Origin: Minisyncoccota bacterium
GTDB taxonomy: Bacteria > Patescibacteriota > Minisyncoccia > UBA6257 > GWB1-50-10
DNA: 64,000 nt
Direction of reading: 5' to 3'
Assembly (NCBI GenBank): GCA_040880505.1
Contig: JBBDIH010000212.1
Location: forward strand, 22,751-86,750
This document shows, in pieces, positions 10,030-18,961 of the stretch (the stretch's first letter is position 1; every line of letters starts with the position of its first letter). The position numbers and the translations under genes were made by a program. The notes under the pieces were generated by a model, which was not told where the DNA came from, searched no databases, and saw only the letters and a list, made by a program, of their open reading frames with translations.

Positions 10030-11466
10030 ATGCCTTTGCACAAAGTTTTCTTCTATAGTGGGTTATTTTTTCTCTTAGGAGTAACTTTAAAAAGTTTTGG
10101 TTTAAATAAAGAAATTCTATTAATAAATTTAATTTTGATATTATTTCTATTAATAATATCTTTTATAAAGAATAAGTTTTTAGTTTTTATATTTATATTA
10201 CCGTTAATTTCAATCGGCTCTATTTACTATCAATGGAGTGATTTAAAATTTCATCAAAATGATTTTTTATTAGATCAAAATGAATTTATAGGAACCGTTA
10301 TTGATAATCCAAACAAAGAAAATAATTTTCAAGAGATTGTATTAGAGGTAGATAAATCTAAAAAAGGAAAAATATTAGTAAGAACTGATATTTATCCAGG
10401 CTATTATTATGGTGATAAATTATTAGTAAAAGGAAATTTAAGTGAAACTTCTTTTGAGGGTTATAAAAAATATTTAGAAAAAGAAGGAATAACAGGAGTA
10501 GTTTATTATCCAGAAATAAATAAAACAGGATTCGAACCTCAATCGATAATAAAAGAAAAATTATTTTCTTTTAAAAATAAGGTAGAGAATTCTTTTAAAA
10601 AAAGTTTACCTTCACTTGAAGCAAGTTTTTTAACCGGACTTACACTAGGAGGAACTAGTGGCTTAACAGATAAGTTCAAAAAAGATTTAAGTCTTAGTGG
10701 AACAACTCATTTGGTTGCTTTATCTGGCTACAATGTAAGTATTATTATTTTTTCAGTTGTTTCTACTTTCTCTAATTTTCTTTCTAGAAAGAAATCTTTA
10801 TTTTTAGCCTTATTTTTTATTATTGGGTTTACTATCATGACCGGAGCAGACCCATCTATTGTGAGAGCATCTATAATGGGAGGTCTAGTTATAGTGGCTC
10901 ATTTTTCTGAAAGATTTTTTGATATGAAGAATGCTTTGATTTTTTCTGCTTTATTGATGATTTTGATTAACCCTAAAGTTTTAATTTATGACGTGGGTTT
11001 TCAACTCTCATTTTTAGCTTTACTAGGAATAATCTATTTAAAACCAATATTTCATAAAATAATTAAATTTAAAAATGATTTAGGATTTTTATCTTGGAAA
11101 GATAATTTTTTAACTACTGTTTCTGCTCAAGTTATGGTTGCTCCTATATTAATAATTAACTTTGATAATTTTTCTTTAATTTCTTTATTGGCTAATGTAG
11201 CTATTTTAGAACTTATACCTTCAACCATGGCTTTAGGTTTTATTTTATTTTTAATGTATGAGCTTTCACATGTATTTTCTTTATTTATTAGTTTTATAGT
11301 TGGTTCTTTGTTGTTTTTAGAAATAAAAATAATAGAATTTTTTGCTGATTTTAAATTATTAATTTCATTAGAAATTGGCATCTTCAGTTTTATTATTTAT
11401 TACTTATTTTTATTATTCTTAATTTTTTATTCTTCTAGAAAAACAAAAATATTAAGTTATGTTTGA
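10030..11466 (+). CDS. comEC: ComEC/Rec2 competence protein, membrane part (DUF4131 OB-fold + Competence domain)
   Basis: GTTHLVALSGYNV, PSIVRASIM and DVGFQLSFLA motifs; multiple TM helices. Confidence 0.92.
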   Translation: MPLHKVFFYSGLFFLLGVTLKSFGLNKEILLINLILILFLLIISFIKNKFLVFIFILPLISIGSIYYQWSDLKFHQNDFLLDQNEFIGTVIDNPNKENNFQEIVLEVDKSKKGKILVRTDIYPGYYYGDKLLVKGNLSETSFEGYKKYLEKEGITGVVYYPEINKTGFEPQSIIKEKLFSFKNKVENSFKKSLPSLEASFLTGLTLGGTSGLTDKFKKDLSLSGTTHLVALSGYNVSIIIFSVVSTFSNFLSRKKSLFLALFFIIGFTIMTGADPSIVRASIMGGLVIVAHFSERFFDMKNALIFSALLMILINPKVLIYDVGFQLSFLALLGIIYLKPIFHKIIKFKNDLGFLSWKDNFLTTVSAQVMVAPILIINFDNFSLISLLANVAILELIPSTMALGFILFLMYELSHVFSLFISFIVGSLLFLEIKIIEFFADFKLLISLEIGIFSFIIYYLFLLFLIFYSSRKTKILSYV

Positions 11467-12337
11467 AACATTTTTTACAAAAGAAAATAAAAATAAAACA
11501 ATGACTATGATATTGGCTTTTATTGCTTTTATCATTTTATTTTTTAGTTATTTTAATAAAGATAGTATTTCAATTTATTTTTTTAATGTTGGTCAAGGAG
11601 ATAGTCAGTTAATAGACATCAGAGAAAATAAAAATAATATACAATTTCTAATAGATGGAGGCCCACTAAATTCAAATGCACTTCATGAGATGAATAATGT
11701 ATTAGGTTTAACAGATAAATATATAGATATTATTTTTCTTTCTCACTCTCAATTAGATCATTTTGGAGGCTTAATTGATATTATAAAAACTTATAAAATT
11801 GGATTATTTGTTTATAATGGAGTTAATACTAAAAATCCTAGCTTTTTAGAGTTAGCTAACATTCTAAATGAAAACCAAATAAAAGTTTTAAAAGTATCTA
11901 AAGGAGACAAAGTAAAGTATAAGGATTTTATAATTGAAATTTTACACCCCACTAAAAATTCTTTATTAGTTGATGATATTAATGAATCTTCTCTTGTTTT
12001 AAAATTTACTTATAAATCTATAAACACATTATTTACAGGAGACATAGGATCAATAACAGAAAATAAAATTATAAATGAAAATATTTCTTCAGAAATATTA
12101 AAAGTTCCTCATCATGGCTCTCGTTATTCATCATCTATTAATTTTTTAAACTCCGTAAAACCAATTATTTCTGTTATACAAGTAGGTAAAAATAGCTATG
12201 GACATCCAACAGAAGATACTTTAAATAATTTGGATTCTATAGGCTCTCAGGTTTTCAGAAACGATTTAGATGGTACAATTAGAATTGACTTAACTAGTGA
12301 TAAAATAAATATTTATAAAAATGAGAATCTTAAGTAA
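11459..12337 (+). CDS. Stand-alone ComEC C-terminal metallo-beta-lactamase-fold domain protein
   Basis: NVGQGDS, LIDGG, SHSQLDHFGG, NESSLV, LFTGD, KVPHHGS and YGHP motifs. Confidence 0.9.
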   Translation: MFETFFTKENKNKTMTMILAFIAFIILFFSYFNKDSISIYFFNVGQGDSQLIDIRENKNNIQFLIDGGPLNSNALHEMNNVLGLTDKYIDIIFLSHSQLDHFGGLIDIIKTYKIGLFVYNGVNTKNPSFLELANILNENQIKVLKVSKGDKVKYKDFIIEILHPTKNSLLVDDINESSLVLKFTYKSINTLFTGDIGSITENKIINENISSEILKVPHHGSRYSSSINFLNSVKPIISVIQVGKNSYGHPTEDTLNNLDSIGSQVFRNDLDGTIRIDLTSDKINIYKNENLK

Positions 12338-13736
12338 AAACATATCAAAATTTGAAGGAGAAGAAATAAAGATGTCTGGTTGGGTAGACGCTCGTCGTGA
12401 TCATGGAAAACTTATCTTCATAGATTTAAGAGATAGAACTGGTTTAACTCAAGTAGTTTTCAATGCAAAAAATGAAGAGGTTTATGAAAAAGCAGATAAG
12501 TTAAGACCAGAATGGGTTATAGAGATTACTGGAGAAGTGAAAGCAAGACCTGAAAACATGATAAATCCCGACATTGAATCTGGTAAACACGAAATAAGTA
12601 TAACTGATCTAAATTTATTGGCAGAGGCTGAGACTCCACCAATATCAATTGAAGGTGATGGTTATGATATAGGAGAAGAAATAAGAATGAAGTATAGGTA
12701 TTTAGACTTAAGAAGAAAAAGATTAAACAGGAACTTTAAGACTAAAAGTAAAATATTTTCTTATATAAGGCAGTACTTATCAAAGAAAGACTTTATAGAA
12801 ATAGAAACACCAATACTAGGTAAATCAACTCCTGAAGGAGCAAGAGATTATTTAGTGCCATCAAGAACTCATCCTGGTAATTTTTATGCTCTTCCTCAAT
12901 CACCACAACAATACAAGCAACTTTTAATGGTTGCTGGAATGGAAAGGTATTTCCAGATCGTTAGATGTTTTAGAGATGAAGATACTAGAGGGGACAGACA
13001 ACCAGAGTTTACTCAATTAGATTTTGAGCTAAGCTTTACTTCTGAAGAAGAAATAAAAAAATTAGTAGAAGAAATGTTTTTGTCTCTAGTTAAAGAATTA
13101 TTTCCAGATAAAAAATTAACACTAGATGAAAATGGAAGAATCCCAAGCATGACGTACGCAAAAGCTATGGAAGATTATGGAAATGATAGGCCAGACATTA
13201 GAAAGAACAAAGAAGATAAAGATGAGCTAGCCTTTCTATTTATTACTGATTTTCCTGCTTTTGAGTACAAAGAAGGAGATAAAAGATGGGCTGCTGTTCA
13301 TCATCCATTTACTCAACCTGACGTTGAGAGTGTAGAAGACTTTAAAACCAAATTTGATAATAATCCAGGAGAAATAACAGCAAGGCAGTATGATCTAGTA
13401 TTGAATGGTTACGAAATAGCTGGAGGATCAATCAGGATAAATGATTATGAATTACTTTCTGCAATCTTTGAGGCATTAGGTCATTCAAAATCAGACGTAG
13501 AAGATAGATTCGGCCACTTATTAGAAGCATTTAAATATGGTGTTCCTCCACATGGTGGAATGGCCGTAGGAATGGACAGATTTTTATCAATAGTTTTTGG
13601 AGAGCCAAACATAAGAGAAGTTATAGCTTTTCCAAAAACAGGAGATGGAAGAGACTTAATGATGGGTGCACCTAGTGGAGTTGATGAAAATCAATTAAAA
13701 GAGTTAAATATTAAAGTCGATAAAAAAGATAAGTAA
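12321..13736 (+). CDS. aspS: Aspartate--tRNA ligase (short form without GAD domain, probably non-discriminating)
   Basis: RRDHGKLIFIDLRD, LPQSPQQYKQ, FRDED...RQPEFTQ and PPHGG motifs; 471 aa. Confidence 0.97.
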   Translation: MRILSKNISKFEGEEIKMSGWVDARRDHGKLIFIDLRDRTGLTQVVFNAKNEEVYEKADKLRPEWVIEITGEVKARPENMINPDIESGKHEISITDLNLLAEAETPPISIEGDGYDIGEEIRMKYRYLDLRRKRLNRNFKTKSKIFSYIRQYLSKKDFIEIETPILGKSTPEGARDYLVPSRTHPGNFYALPQSPQQYKQLLMVAGMERYFQIVRCFRDEDTRGDRQPEFTQLDFELSFTSEEEIKKLVEEMFLSLVKELFPDKKLTLDENGRIPSMTYAKAMEDYGNDRPDIRKNKEDKDELAFLFITDFPAFEYKEGDKRWAAVHHPFTQPDVESVEDFKTKFDNNPGEITARQYDLVLNGYEIAGGSIRINDYELLSAIFEALGHSKSDVEDRFGHLLEAFKYGVPPHGGMAVGMDRFLSIVFGEPNIREVIAFPKTGDGRDLMMGAPSGVDENQLKELNIKVDKKDK

Positions 13737-13793
13737 AAAGTTATCCCCAGAAATTTATGCCTCCCGAGGACATAAATAACTGTGGATAACTTT
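13736..13793. repeat. Dispersed palindromic repeat, copy 2 (variant right arm carrying a perfect DnaA box)
   Basis: AAAAGTTATCCCCAGAAATTTATGCCTCCCGAGGACATAAATAACTGTGGATAACTTT; TGTGGATAA at 13781-13789. Confidence 0.93.
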
Positions 13794-13813
13794 CTTAAGA
13801 AAATTATAAAAAA

Positions 13814-14392
13814 ATGAATCCGAAAGAAGAAAAAACATTTTTAATGGTAAAGCCAGACGGTGTAAGAAAAGGTTTAGTGGGTGAAGTAATTAAAAGAATA
13901 GAGCAAAGAGATCTTAAAATCGTTCGTCTTGATATGTTTCAAGCCACAGAAAAAGATATAGATAGTCATTATCCAAAAGATGAAGCCTGGATAAAAAGAG
14001 TAGGAGAAAAAACTTTAAAGACTTACGAAAAGTATAATCTTGATGCAAAAGAAGAGGTTGGCACAGATGATCCAATGGAAATAGGAAAACAAGTAAGAGG
14101 CTGGTTAATAGAGTTTATGACTTCTGCTCCTATGGTCAAGATGATTATTCAGGGTGTTCATGCGATTGACATGGTAAGAAAAATTGTAGGACCAACCATG
14201 CCGTCTGATGCTGATATGGGAACTATAAGAGGTGACTTTTCAGTAGACTCTCCAGCACTAGCAAATAAAGAGAAAAGAGCTATTCAAAATCTTGTTCATG
14301 CATCCGAAACTCCAGAAGAAGCAGCTCACGAAATAGAATACTGGTTTGATGAAAATAAACCGTTTGTTTATAAGAGGTTTGGTATAGATTAA
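13814..14392 (+). CDS. ndk: Nucleoside diphosphate kinase (long form)
   Basis: TFLMVKPDGV, GTIRGDF and NLVHASE motifs. Confidence 0.96.
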   Translation: MNPKEEKTFLMVKPDGVRKGLVGEVIKRIEQRDLKIVRLDMFQATEKDIDSHYPKDEAWIKRVGEKTLKTYEKYNLDAKEEVGTDDPMEIGKQVRGWLIEFMTSAPMVKMIIQGVHAIDMVRKIVGPTMPSDADMGTIRGDFSVDSPALANKEKRAIQNLVHASETPEEAAHEIEYWFDENKPFVYKRFGID

Positions 14393-14404
14393 AAAATATT
14401 TTTT

Positions 14405-14413
14405 TGGTATATT
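14405..14413 (+). promoter_or_regulatory. Extended -10 element for the ncRNA
   Basis: TG-G-TATATT about 7 nt upstream of the predicted RNA 5' end. Confidence 0.5.
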
Positions 14414-14420
14414 ATAAATA

Positions 14421-14551
14421 GGTTTCGTTTTTAGATTCCGGATCGTAGTTTTTAAAGGGATCCCTATATAGTGTTAGTCTGCTGATTCGTTCGGAGGCTA
14501 TCTACTGCAGGAACCCACATGGCAAATAGCCGGGAAATCTTTAGGCGAAAC
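14421..14551 (+). ncRNA. ssrS: Probable 6S RNA (compact rod with central bubble)
   Basis: Closing stems GUUUCGUUU/AGGCGAAAC, AGAUU/AAUCU and CCGG/CCGG; ~15/13-nt central bubble; GGGAUCC/GGAACCC; apical UAGUCU/AGGCUA and CUGA/UCGG; flanked by a promoter and a terminator. Confidence 0.7.
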
Positions 14552-14554
14552 AAC

Positions 14555-14592
14555 CAGAATCAACCTCCTTGTGGGGTTGTTTCTGTTTTTTT
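14555..14592 (+). terminator. Intrinsic terminator of the ncRNA
   Basis: CAGAA-T-CAACCTC cttgt GGGGTTG-T-TTCTG followed by T7. Confidence 0.8.
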
Positions 14593-14632
14593 AGGATTGC
14601 TTTGTATTGTATAGTTAATAAAAGATTTAATA

Positions 14633-16279
14633 ATGAAAAATAAAGAAAAAATATTTATAGGAGTTGCCTGGCCTTATGTAAATGGTGATTTACATGTTGG
14701 TCATTTAGCTGGTTATCTTTTACCTGCAGATATATTTGCTCGCTTTAATAGATTTAAAGGAAGAGATGTTTTAATGGCTTCAGGTTCTGATTGTTTTGGA
14801 ACGCCAATAACAATAGAGGCAGAAAAGAGAAATCTTTCTCCAGAAGAAATAGTTAATGAGTATCACCCAAAACATTTAGATCTTTTTGAAAAAGCAGGAA
14901 TATCTTTTGATATTTTTACAAAAACAAATACTAAAAACCATATAAAAATATCTCAAGAATTCTTTTTAAAATTTTTAGAAAAGGGATACATATTTAAAGA
15001 CGTATCTAAACAACATTATGATGAAAAAGAAAAAAGATTTTTACCTGATAGGTACGTAGAAGGAAAATGTCCTCATTGTAATTTTGAAGAAGCAAGAAGT
15101 GATCAGTGTGATAATTGTGGCAGAGTTTTAGATCAAGGAGAATTAAAAAATCCTGTAAGTAAACTTTCTGGTAATAAAGTTATTTTAAAAGAAAGTGAGC
15201 ATTACTTTTTTGATTTAGAAAAATTACAACCTTTCATTGAAGAGTACTTTAAAGATAAAAGTGGCGAATGGAAAGAATGGGTGATGAAAGAAACTAAAAA
15301 TTGGCTAAAAAGAGGTTTAAATTCTAGATCTTTTAGTAGGGATTTAGAATGGGGCGTACCTTTTCCTATTGATAAAATTCCAGCCAATAAAAAAATTGAA
15401 AACATAGAAAATAAAAGATTTTATGTTTGGTGGGAAGCTGTTATTGGTTATTTGAGTGCTTCTATAGAGTGGTCAGAAACTAAAAATAATAATTGGGAAG
15501 ATTTTTGGAAAAATAAAGATGCAAAACACTTTTATTTTATGGGTAAAGATAATCTTCCATACCATACAATGTTTTGGCCGGCAGAGCTTCACTTATATAA
15601 TGAAAAATTAAACTTGCCAGATGTTCACGTGATTAATCAATATCTAAATTTTGAGGGAAATAAATTTTCAAAAAGTAGAGGAGTAACCATAGATTCAAAA
15701 GAGATTATAGAAAAATATGGACTAGATTCTGTTAGGTTTTATATAAACTCTATAATGCCAGAAAACTCTGATTCAAATTTTAATTGGGATGATTTTATAG
15801 ATAAACATAACAATGTTCTTATTGGTAATTTAGGTAATTTTATAAATAGAACTTTGACTTTAGCTAAAGATGTTTCTTTTGATAAAAATTACATAGAGGA
15901 AGAAGTAAAAAATAAAATAAATAACCTTACTAAAGAAGCAGAAAAAAATCTTGAAAATAATCAATTTAGAAATTATCTAGATTCTATATTAAGTCTTTCT
16001 GATTTTGGTAATAAATATTTAACAAAAAAAGAACCCTGGAAAAAAGAAAAAGAAGATAAAGAAAAAATAATAACCAATGCTTTATTAGTAGTTTTAGCTC
16101 TGCAAGTCATAATAAAACCTCTTTTAATTGAAACTTATAAAAAATTAGTAAACCTAACTGGTTTAGATTTTGATAATTGGTCTGATGATGTTTTTTCTGA
16201 GGTTTTAAACTTTTTAGAAAAGGTAAAAATTAAAAAACCCTCACCACTTTTTGAAAAAATTGATAAGGGCAGTAACTAG
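14633..16279 (+). CDS. metG: Methionine--tRNA ligase (no C-terminal tRNA-binding domain)
   Basis: WPYVNGDLHVGH, CPHC/CDNC zinc knuckle, MGKDN, KFSKS. Confidence 0.97.
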   Translation: MKNKEKIFIGVAWPYVNGDLHVGHLAGYLLPADIFARFNRFKGRDVLMASGSDCFGTPITIEAEKRNLSPEEIVNEYHPKHLDLFEKAGISFDIFTKTNTKNHIKISQEFFLKFLEKGYIFKDVSKQHYDEKEKRFLPDRYVEGKCPHCNFEEARSDQCDNCGRVLDQGELKNPVSKLSGNKVILKESEHYFFDLEKLQPFIEEYFKDKSGEWKEWVMKETKNWLKRGLNSRSFSRDLEWGVPFPIDKIPANKKIENIENKRFYVWWEAVIGYLSASIEWSETKNNNWEDFWKNKDAKHFYFMGKDNLPYHTMFWPAELHLYNEKLNLPDVHVINQYLNFEGNKFSKSRGVTIDSKEIIEKYGLDSVRFYINSIMPENSDSNFNWDDFIDKHNNVLIGNLGNFINRTLTLAKDVSFDKNYIEEEVKNKINNLTKEAEKNLENNQFRNYLDSILSLSDFGNKYLTKKEPWKKEKEDKEKIITNALLVVLALQVIIKPLLIETYKKLVNLTGLDFDNWSDDVFSEVLNFLEKVKIKKPSPLFEKIDKGSN

Positions 16280-16298
16280 GATTTATTTATCTTAAGAG

Positions 16299-16499
16299 TT
16301 AAGAAATTACTTTTCTAGTAAGAGTTTTAATGCACTGTGTGCAAAGAGAAGATTTTTTACCATTCTCCCAACTTTCTACTCTAACATTTTGAATGTTAGC
16401 TTTTTTCTTTTTCTTTGGGGTAGGGTTGTAATGTCCTCTCAAAAGGTTTCTTTTTCTCCCCATCTTATGTGATTTTTCGCATTTTTCGCATTTACGCAT
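16299..16499 (-). CDS. rpmB: 50S ribosomal protein L28 (Cys-containing form)
   Basis: Basic 66 aa protein with CEKC...ANIQ...LCTQCIKTL. Confidence 0.85.
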   Translation of the reverse strand: MRKCEKCEKSHKMGRKRNLLRGHYNPTPKKKKKANIQNVRVESWENGKKSSLCTQCIKTLTRKVIS

Positions 16500-16519
16500 A
16501 GTTTTTTATTACAGATTAT

Positions 16520-16548
16520 AGATTATATAGAGAAAACAGTTATGTCAA
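16520..16548 (-). promoter_or_regulatory. Sigma70-type promoter of rpmB
   Basis: Minus strand TTGACA-17 bp-TAATCT. Confidence 0.55.
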
Positions 16549-16591
16549 CTCGATTGTTCTAGTTTTGAATATCTAGAAGTATGTAGATTTA

Positions 16592-17212
16592 CTATCCTAG
16601 AGCTGTTTCTTCATAAGAACTTTCTTCAAAATTAAATAAATAGAATTTTATTTCATCACTACTATTTATTTGTAATATAAACTCATCAGAGTTACCTTCT
16701 ATCTTAAATGATGCCTCGCCATTTACAACGCTTTGAGGCGGCATAGAATCTAGAGGACCATTAGTTTTTAGTGGTTTTTGGCTTTGTCCACCCATGATAA
16801 CAGCCTCAAAAGTATTAACTGAATCAAAAGCGCTGTATGAACTTGCTTCTTTTGTGAAAACTCTAAAACTTACATTAACTAATCCTTCTTCATCTTTAGA
16901 TATATTTTCTACAGTAATTGTTAAATTTGTTTGTGGTGAAAGTAGGGGACTAGATTCTTTTTCGAAAATTATAGCAGTTGATATCGATTGAACCTCATTA
17001 TCATCTGAGTCATCTTCTGTATTTCCAGAACCATTTGGACCAACAGCATTATACTCTCTATATAAAGGTTCCAACTTATTATCTAAATTAGAAATATTAT
17101 TATTAACTTCATTTATATTACTAGAAATTATCCAAAAACCTACGGTAAAGATTAATAATAAAACTACTAATATTAAATTTAGATGATTTTCTTTTATTTT
17201 TTTCATGTTCAT
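16592..17212 (-). CDS. Hypothetical membrane-anchored protein (TM helix, short coiled coil, beta-rich extracellular domain)
   Basis: 206-aa ORF with hydrophobic N-terminus filling the intergenic gap. Confidence 0.7.
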   Translation of the reverse strand: MNMKKIKENHLNLILVVLLLIFTVGFWIISSNINEVNNNISNLDNKLEPLYREYNAVGPNGSGNTEDDSDDNEVQSISTAIIFEKESSPLLSPQTNLTITVENISKDEEGLVNVSFRVFTKEASSYSAFDSVNTFEAVIMGGQSQKPLKTNGPLDSMPPQSVVNGEASFKIEGNSDEFILQINSSDEIKFYLFNFEESSYEETALG

Positions 17213-17277
17213 ACAATAGCAGATTATTTTTAAAATCTAAAATAAAATTAGTTTTGTGTTAGAATAGTTAAAAACAA

Positions 17278-17928
17278 ATGGAATTTCTAATATTTCAATT
17301 AATAATACTTCTTTTTTCAGTTGTTATTCACGAGCTTTCTCATGGATATGTAGCTGAATACTTAGGAGACAATACAGCAAGAGATGCTGGTAGGTTAACT
17401 TTGAATCCAATAAAACATTTAGATATGTTTGGTTCTATTATTTTACCGCTTTTACTTTTTGCAACCGGATCATCTTTTATTATCGGTTGGGCTAAGCCGA
17501 TTCCTTATAATCCAAGAAGATTAACTAAAGATCATAAATATGGACCTCTTAAGATAGCTTTAGCCGGTCCTTTATCAAACGTATTAATGGCGTTGGTTTT
17601 TGGATTAATTCTTAGATTTTCTTTTCCTTATATTCCAGATTTCACTATCATGGCTCTAGGATTTATTGTTATGTTAAATATATTATTAGCTGTATTTAAC
17701 TTACTACCAATCCCACCTTTAGATGGTTCTAAAATCTTTAGCGTTTTATTACCTCAAAAATATTCATATTTTATACAAAGCATTGGTATAGGAGGAATAA
17801 TGATAGTTTTTCTTTTCCTAATATTATTTGGAGGAATAATATTTCAGTTGACTTCATTCTTTTCAGAACTAATAATGGGACAAATTGCTTGGGCAAGTTT
17901 TATTAATCTAATAGGACCCGCTTTTTAA
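17278..17928 (+). CDS. Site-2 protease family (M50) zinc metalloprotease
   Basis: HELSH, GRLTLNP, GWAKP, AGPLSN and FNLLPIPPLDG motifs. Confidence 0.93.
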   Translation: MEFLIFQLIILLFSVVIHELSHGYVAEYLGDNTARDAGRLTLNPIKHLDMFGSIILPLLLFATGSSFIIGWAKPIPYNPRRLTKDHKYGPLKIALAGPLSNVLMALVFGLILRFSFPYIPDFTIMALGFIVMLNILLAVFNLLPIPPLDGSKIFSVLLPQKYSYFIQSIGIGGIMIVFLFLILFGGIIFQLTSFFSELIMGQIAWASFINLIGPAF

Positions 17929-17990
17929 TTCAATTCTAGTTAGGTTTACTTATTAGTTATTTTTATACTATAATCTTGTATACTAAAAAC

Positions 17991-18019
17991 TTGACGTTAT
18001 TAAACAAAAAATATAAGCT
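17991..18019 (+). promoter_or_regulatory. Sigma70-type promoter of the rpsL operon
   Basis: TTGACG-17 bp-TAAGCT, 13 bp before ATG. Confidence 0.55.
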
Positions 18020-18032
18020 TTAAGCTGTAAAT

Positions 18033-18452
18033 ATGCCTACAATCAATCAATTAATTAAAAAAGGAAGAAAGAAACCAAAAAGAAAGCCTAAGTCACCGGC
18101 TCTTAGTTTTGGTTTTAATACTCAAAAAAACCAACCAGTAGATTACCCATCTCCTTTTAAGAGAGGAGTTTGTCTAAAGGTTTTTACAACGACACCTAAA
18201 AAACCTAACTCAGCTTTAAGAAAGGTAACTAGAATAAGACTTACTAACGGTTCTGAGGTAACGGCCTACATTCCTGGTGAAGGGCACAATCTTCAAGAGC
18301 ATTCTGTTGTTTTAATTAGAGGTGGAAGAGTAAAAGATCTTCCAGGTGTTAGATACCATGTTGTTAGAGGTGTTCTTGATACTGAAGGTGTTCAAGGCAG
18401 AAAAGAGCAAAGATCTAAATATGGTGCTAAGAAACCAAAGAGTGAAGAGTAA
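18033..18452 (+). CDS. rpsL: 30S ribosomal protein S12
   Basis: [28 protein letters not shown]. Confidence 0.99.
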   Translation: MPTINQLIKKGRKKPKRKPKSPALSFGFNTQKNQPVDYPSPFKRGVCLKVFTTTPKKPNSALRKVTRIRLTNGSEVTAYIPGEGHNLQEHSVVLIRGGRVKDLPGVRYHVVRGVLDTEGVQGRKEQRSKYGAKKPKSEE

Positions 18453-18464
18453 AAATACAAATAA

Positions 18465-18935
18465 ATGAGAAAAAGTACTTATTACAAAAAAAGAGAACAT
18501 AAACCAGACACCAAACACGGACGTATTGATATGGGTCGTTTTATAAATTATTTAATGGAAGATGGTAAAAGATCTGTGGCAGAAAAAGTTTTTTATTCAT
18601 CTTTAGAAAGAGTAAAAGAAGTTACAAAAAATGATCCAGTTAAAGTTTTTGAAGACGCTTTAGAAAATGTTAGTCCTAGAGTTGAGGTTGTATCTAGAAG
18701 AGTTGGTGGTGCTAACTACCAAATTCCTAGAGAAGTAAGACAAGAAAGAAAATTTTTTCTTGCTTGTAACTGGATTATATCTGCAGCAAAAAATCAAAAA
18801 GGTAAACCAATGCATGAAAGATTATCTCAACAGATAATAGAGGCTGCTAAAAATGAAGGCGAAGCAATCAAGAAGAAGCAAACCATGCATAGAATGGCAG
18901 AAGCAAACAGAGCTTTTGCTAGTTTCCTTCGTTAA
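18465..18935 (+). CDS. rpsG: 30S ribosomal protein S7
   Basis: SRRVGGANYQIP, HRMAEANRAF. Confidence 0.99.
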   Translation: MRKSTYYKKREHKPDTKHGRIDMGRFINYLMEDGKRSVAEKVFYSSLERVKEVTKNDPVKVFEDALENVSPRVEVVSRRVGGANYQIPREVRQERKFFLACNWIISAAKNQKGKPMHERLSQQIIEAAKNEGEAIKKKQTMHRMAEANRAFASFLR

Positions 18936-18961
18936 AATATAAATTTAATTAATAAAATATA

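Noticed and set aside
9933-13793. Repeat copies 1 and 2 as ends of a composite mobile element carrying comEC-aspS
   Set aside because: The enclosed genes include essential aspS, there is no transposase or integrase, and no target-site duplication is apparent.
14421-14592. T-box or SAM riboswitch upstream of metG
   Set aside because: No T-box UGGNACC antiterminator or SAM-I core is visible; the end-to-end rod with a central bubble fits a 6S-like RNA better.
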